64,000 bases of DNA from Cetorhinus maximus (taxonomy: Eukaryota): assembly GCF_964194155.1 (NCBI RefSeq), contig NC_135889.1, forward strand, positions 70,060,001 to 70,124,000, given 5' to 3'. Under the pieces are notes generated by a model, which searched no databases, was not told the DNA's origin, and was given only the letters and a program-made list of their open reading frames with translations. The position numbers and the translations under genes were made by a program. Positions 61,501 through 64,000 of the stretch are shown one piece after another. Each line of letters opens with the position of its first letter. Position 1 is the first letter of the stretch.

Positions 61501-62566
61501 TGCACTCTATTATATACTCAGCCATGCCAACAGTACACCACTGCTTCACATGCCCATAGTAAAGAGTTACAGACCTTCGGCTGCCTCCTTGGATCTTCTG
61601 GCTTCTCACAAGCCCATTTTGCTTAAGTCTGCATCCTGCAGCTTTCTCCCTTAAGCTTAGAGCCTTTCTCTGCTCCTCACTCTTCTGACTTAACTTAAAG
61701 GGCTTTTTGGGCCTTTCTGTTTTTGCTTTAGAACCTGCACCCTGCAGTTCCCTCTCCCAGTAGACTGCTGATAACTTGGTATCTCCCTTGAGATCCAGAA
61801 CTCATTTGGCATTTACTGTGACTTTAACTTTAGAGCAACTCATCTAAGATCCTTAGACTTATTATCCTCAGCAGTCTGCTAGTATGTCAGCTAGAGAGAG
61901 ACTTAAACTGTTCCCTTCACCTTAGAGTAGAATGACCAACTGAACTCAAATGCTTTCGGTTTCTTTGTGTCTGTGTGGGCCTCTCTCTCGACCCCTGTTG
62001 GTAGGCAACAGCACAGCTTTTTCACCTTGTTTTTTTAACTCCCCTTCAAGAGTTACAAACCTCATTAAAATGCAGGCATCTTTTAAAGTGAAACTAAAAT
62101 TCAAGTTCTCCCTTCCTTAACACACAAATACAGAAATACAAATTAAACTTAAACTGAAAGCTAAAACTCATTCCTAACACCCACAAATACAACTTACTTA
62201 AAACCATCTCTAGTTCCTAACACTGTTGGCTCTAGTAACTTTAAAGAACTCCAGAAACCACCAAACATGTACAATTATAGCAACTGTCATTAGAAATCAA
62301 TCAGCAACTAACTAAAGTATTTGATGATCATTTTTAAGTATCACTGATGGAGGATCTTTCTGCTAGTCAATGCCCATTCAGCTCTGCAAAATTGAGAGGC
62401 TATTAGCTGGAATGTAGAGCTCCAAAATGGCAACACTGGCATCAGCTCAGCTTTACATGCATGATAAAGTGTCAACAAAACACAAACAAGATGATTAGGG
62501 CTTCAAAATGTGGCTTTTCTGTGATAACATTTCACATTCTCAGACTGCATGTTCTAAATTCAGCTC
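58512..62566. mobile_element. Internally deleted two-gene Harbinger (spliced Myb gene + at ~58809-60392; transposase N-terminus - at ~60545-60800) with a solo LTR inside
   Basis: ALEAMIKELERRGAVLYP...RAWAQCGKMFSDIT; acceptor ttgcag|GTCAAG at 59281; minus-strand RRSYPSRVFREQFSDLNL...HLHFNKDILTEIWQLL; putative TIRs gggctaaat / aattcagctc. Confidence 0.7.
60888..62222 (-). mobile_element. Solo LTR, 1335 bp
   Basis: TGTTA...TAACA termini; perfect 4-bp TSD ctgt (60884-60887, 62223-62226); tttatt polyA signals near the left end. Confidence 0.88.
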
Positions 62567-62799
62567 TCAAAGTCACAGCCAAAAATACTAACACTGAAAA
62601 TAATGAAGACGTTGGAAGGGAGTAGGGGGTCGATGGGTGGAGGAAATTTAGCAGCCCAGAACTTCAGAAATAAAGGTTTCCTGGAGGCAGCTGAGGAACA
62701 GAGCGGACGGTAGTCGGATATCAGACACTGGGGGTGGTTAGACTTCAGACATCAGTGGGAGGGTGAAGTTGGATATCAGATATCTGGAATGGAGGTGGT

Positions 62800-63760
62800 T
62801 AGAATCATAGAATGGAATCATAGAATGGTTACGGCACCGGAGGAGGCTATTTGGCCATTCACGACCATGCCGGCACTCTGCAAGAGTAACTCAGCTAGTC
62901 TCACTTCCACACTCTTTCCCTGCAGCCCTGCAATTTTTTCCTATTCAGATAATTATCCAATTCCCTTTTGAATGCCAAGATTAAATCTGCCTCCACTGCA
63001 CTTTCAGATAGTACATTCAGATCCTGACCAAACACTGTGTAAAAAAGGTTTACCTCATGTCGCCTTTGGGTCTTTTGCCATTCACCTTAAATCAGTGTCC
63101 TCTGGTTCTTGACCCTTCAGCCAGAGGGAATAGTTTCTCCCTATCTAATCTGTCTTGAGCTCACATGATTTTGAATACCTCCTCTCAACCTTCTCAAAGT
63201 AGAAGAGTCCCAACCTCTCCAGCCTATCCACATAACTGAAATTCCTCATCCCAGGAATCATTCTCTTAAATTTTTTTCTGCACCCACTCTAAAGCCTCCA
63301 TATCCTTCCTAAAATGTGGTGCCTGGAATGGGACACAATACTCCAGTTGAAGCCAAATCAGTGTTTTGTAAAGGTTCATTATAACTTCCTTACTTTTGTA
63401 CACTATTCCTCTATTTTTCAAGCCTAGGATCCCATTTGGCTTATTAACCACTTTTTCAACCTGTTCTATCATCTTAGGCGATTTGGGTCCATACACCCCC
63501 AGGCCTCTTTGGTCTTTTTTTTATTCATTCATGGGATGTGGGCTTCGCTGGCTGGGCCAGCATTTATTGCCCATCCCTAGTTGCCCTTGGGAAGGTGGTG
63601 GTGAGCTGCCTGAACCTATTTTAGAATTGTATACCCATTCTTTCTATCAAAATGTATGATTTCACACTTACCTGCAATAAATTTCATCTGGCCATTCCGC
63701 CAGCCTGTCTATGTCCTCTTGAAGCCTACCACTATTCACTTCACAATTCACAATACTTTC
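62800..63760 (-). mobile_element. CR1 3' fragment with a short LINE-tail insertion (63513-63615)
   Basis: Tail tagaatcatagaatggaatcatagaat; ORF 63266..63496(-) LYKTLIWLQLEYCV. Confidence 0.88.
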
Positions 63761-64000
63761 AAGGTGTTCTGCAAAGTTGGATATTGAAGGTCAAAGGAAA
63801 AGTTGGATATCAGAGGTGTGGGGGTCAGTGGTTGTTGGGCATCGAAAGTCAGGATGGGTAGTTGACATGAGAGGACAGGAAGTGAGCCAGATATCAGGCA
63901 CCAAGATAGTGGGGTGGGGTGGGGAGGGAAGGAGGACAATTCAACTCTGATGGTGGGGCAGGAGGGAGGGCGTTGTTTAATCGACCCAGCAGATTGGATT

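Noticed and set aside
1-64000. Prokaryotic systems (CRISPR arrays, retrons, operons, defence islands)
   Set aside because: No regularly spaced repeats or gene-dense organisation; every RT or nuclease seen belongs to eukaryotic CR1, L2, Penelope, Copia or Harbinger elements
62600-64000. Recurring ggatatcaga motif in purine-rich flanks of the last CR1
   Set aside because: Irregular spacing and degenerate units; most likely the low-complexity interior of an old repeat, not an array

Overview
This window is eukaryotic, repeat-dominated non-coding DNA. The repeat set (CR1 and L2 LINEs, Penelope elements with hammerhead ribozymes, Deu-type SINEs, PIF/Harbinger transposons and MITEs) suggests a cartilaginous fish; this is an inference. 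I see no intact host gene, rRNA/tRNA gene or CRISPR array. Nearly all long ORFs are transposon remnants or their antisense shadows. Least obvious structure: an ancient Copia (GalEa-like) LTR retrotransposon at ~11185-21790, largely invisible in the ORF track. Its LTR-PBS-INT-RT-RNaseH-LTR order is recoverable after removing six nested insertions. Other highlights: (1) four Penelope insertions with TSDs, including two tiny ones whose 5' ends fall at the hammerhead core or cleavage site; (2) at least six two-gene Harbinger remnants (DDE transposase plus spliced Myb/SANT gene); (3) Harbinger MITEs with 3-bp TSDs; (4) a near-perfect 40-bp hairpin; (5) a foldback element with ~130-bp arms; (6) solo LTRs. 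All family assignments come from manual reading and motif recognition, not database searches, and boundaries without TSD/TIR support are approximate.
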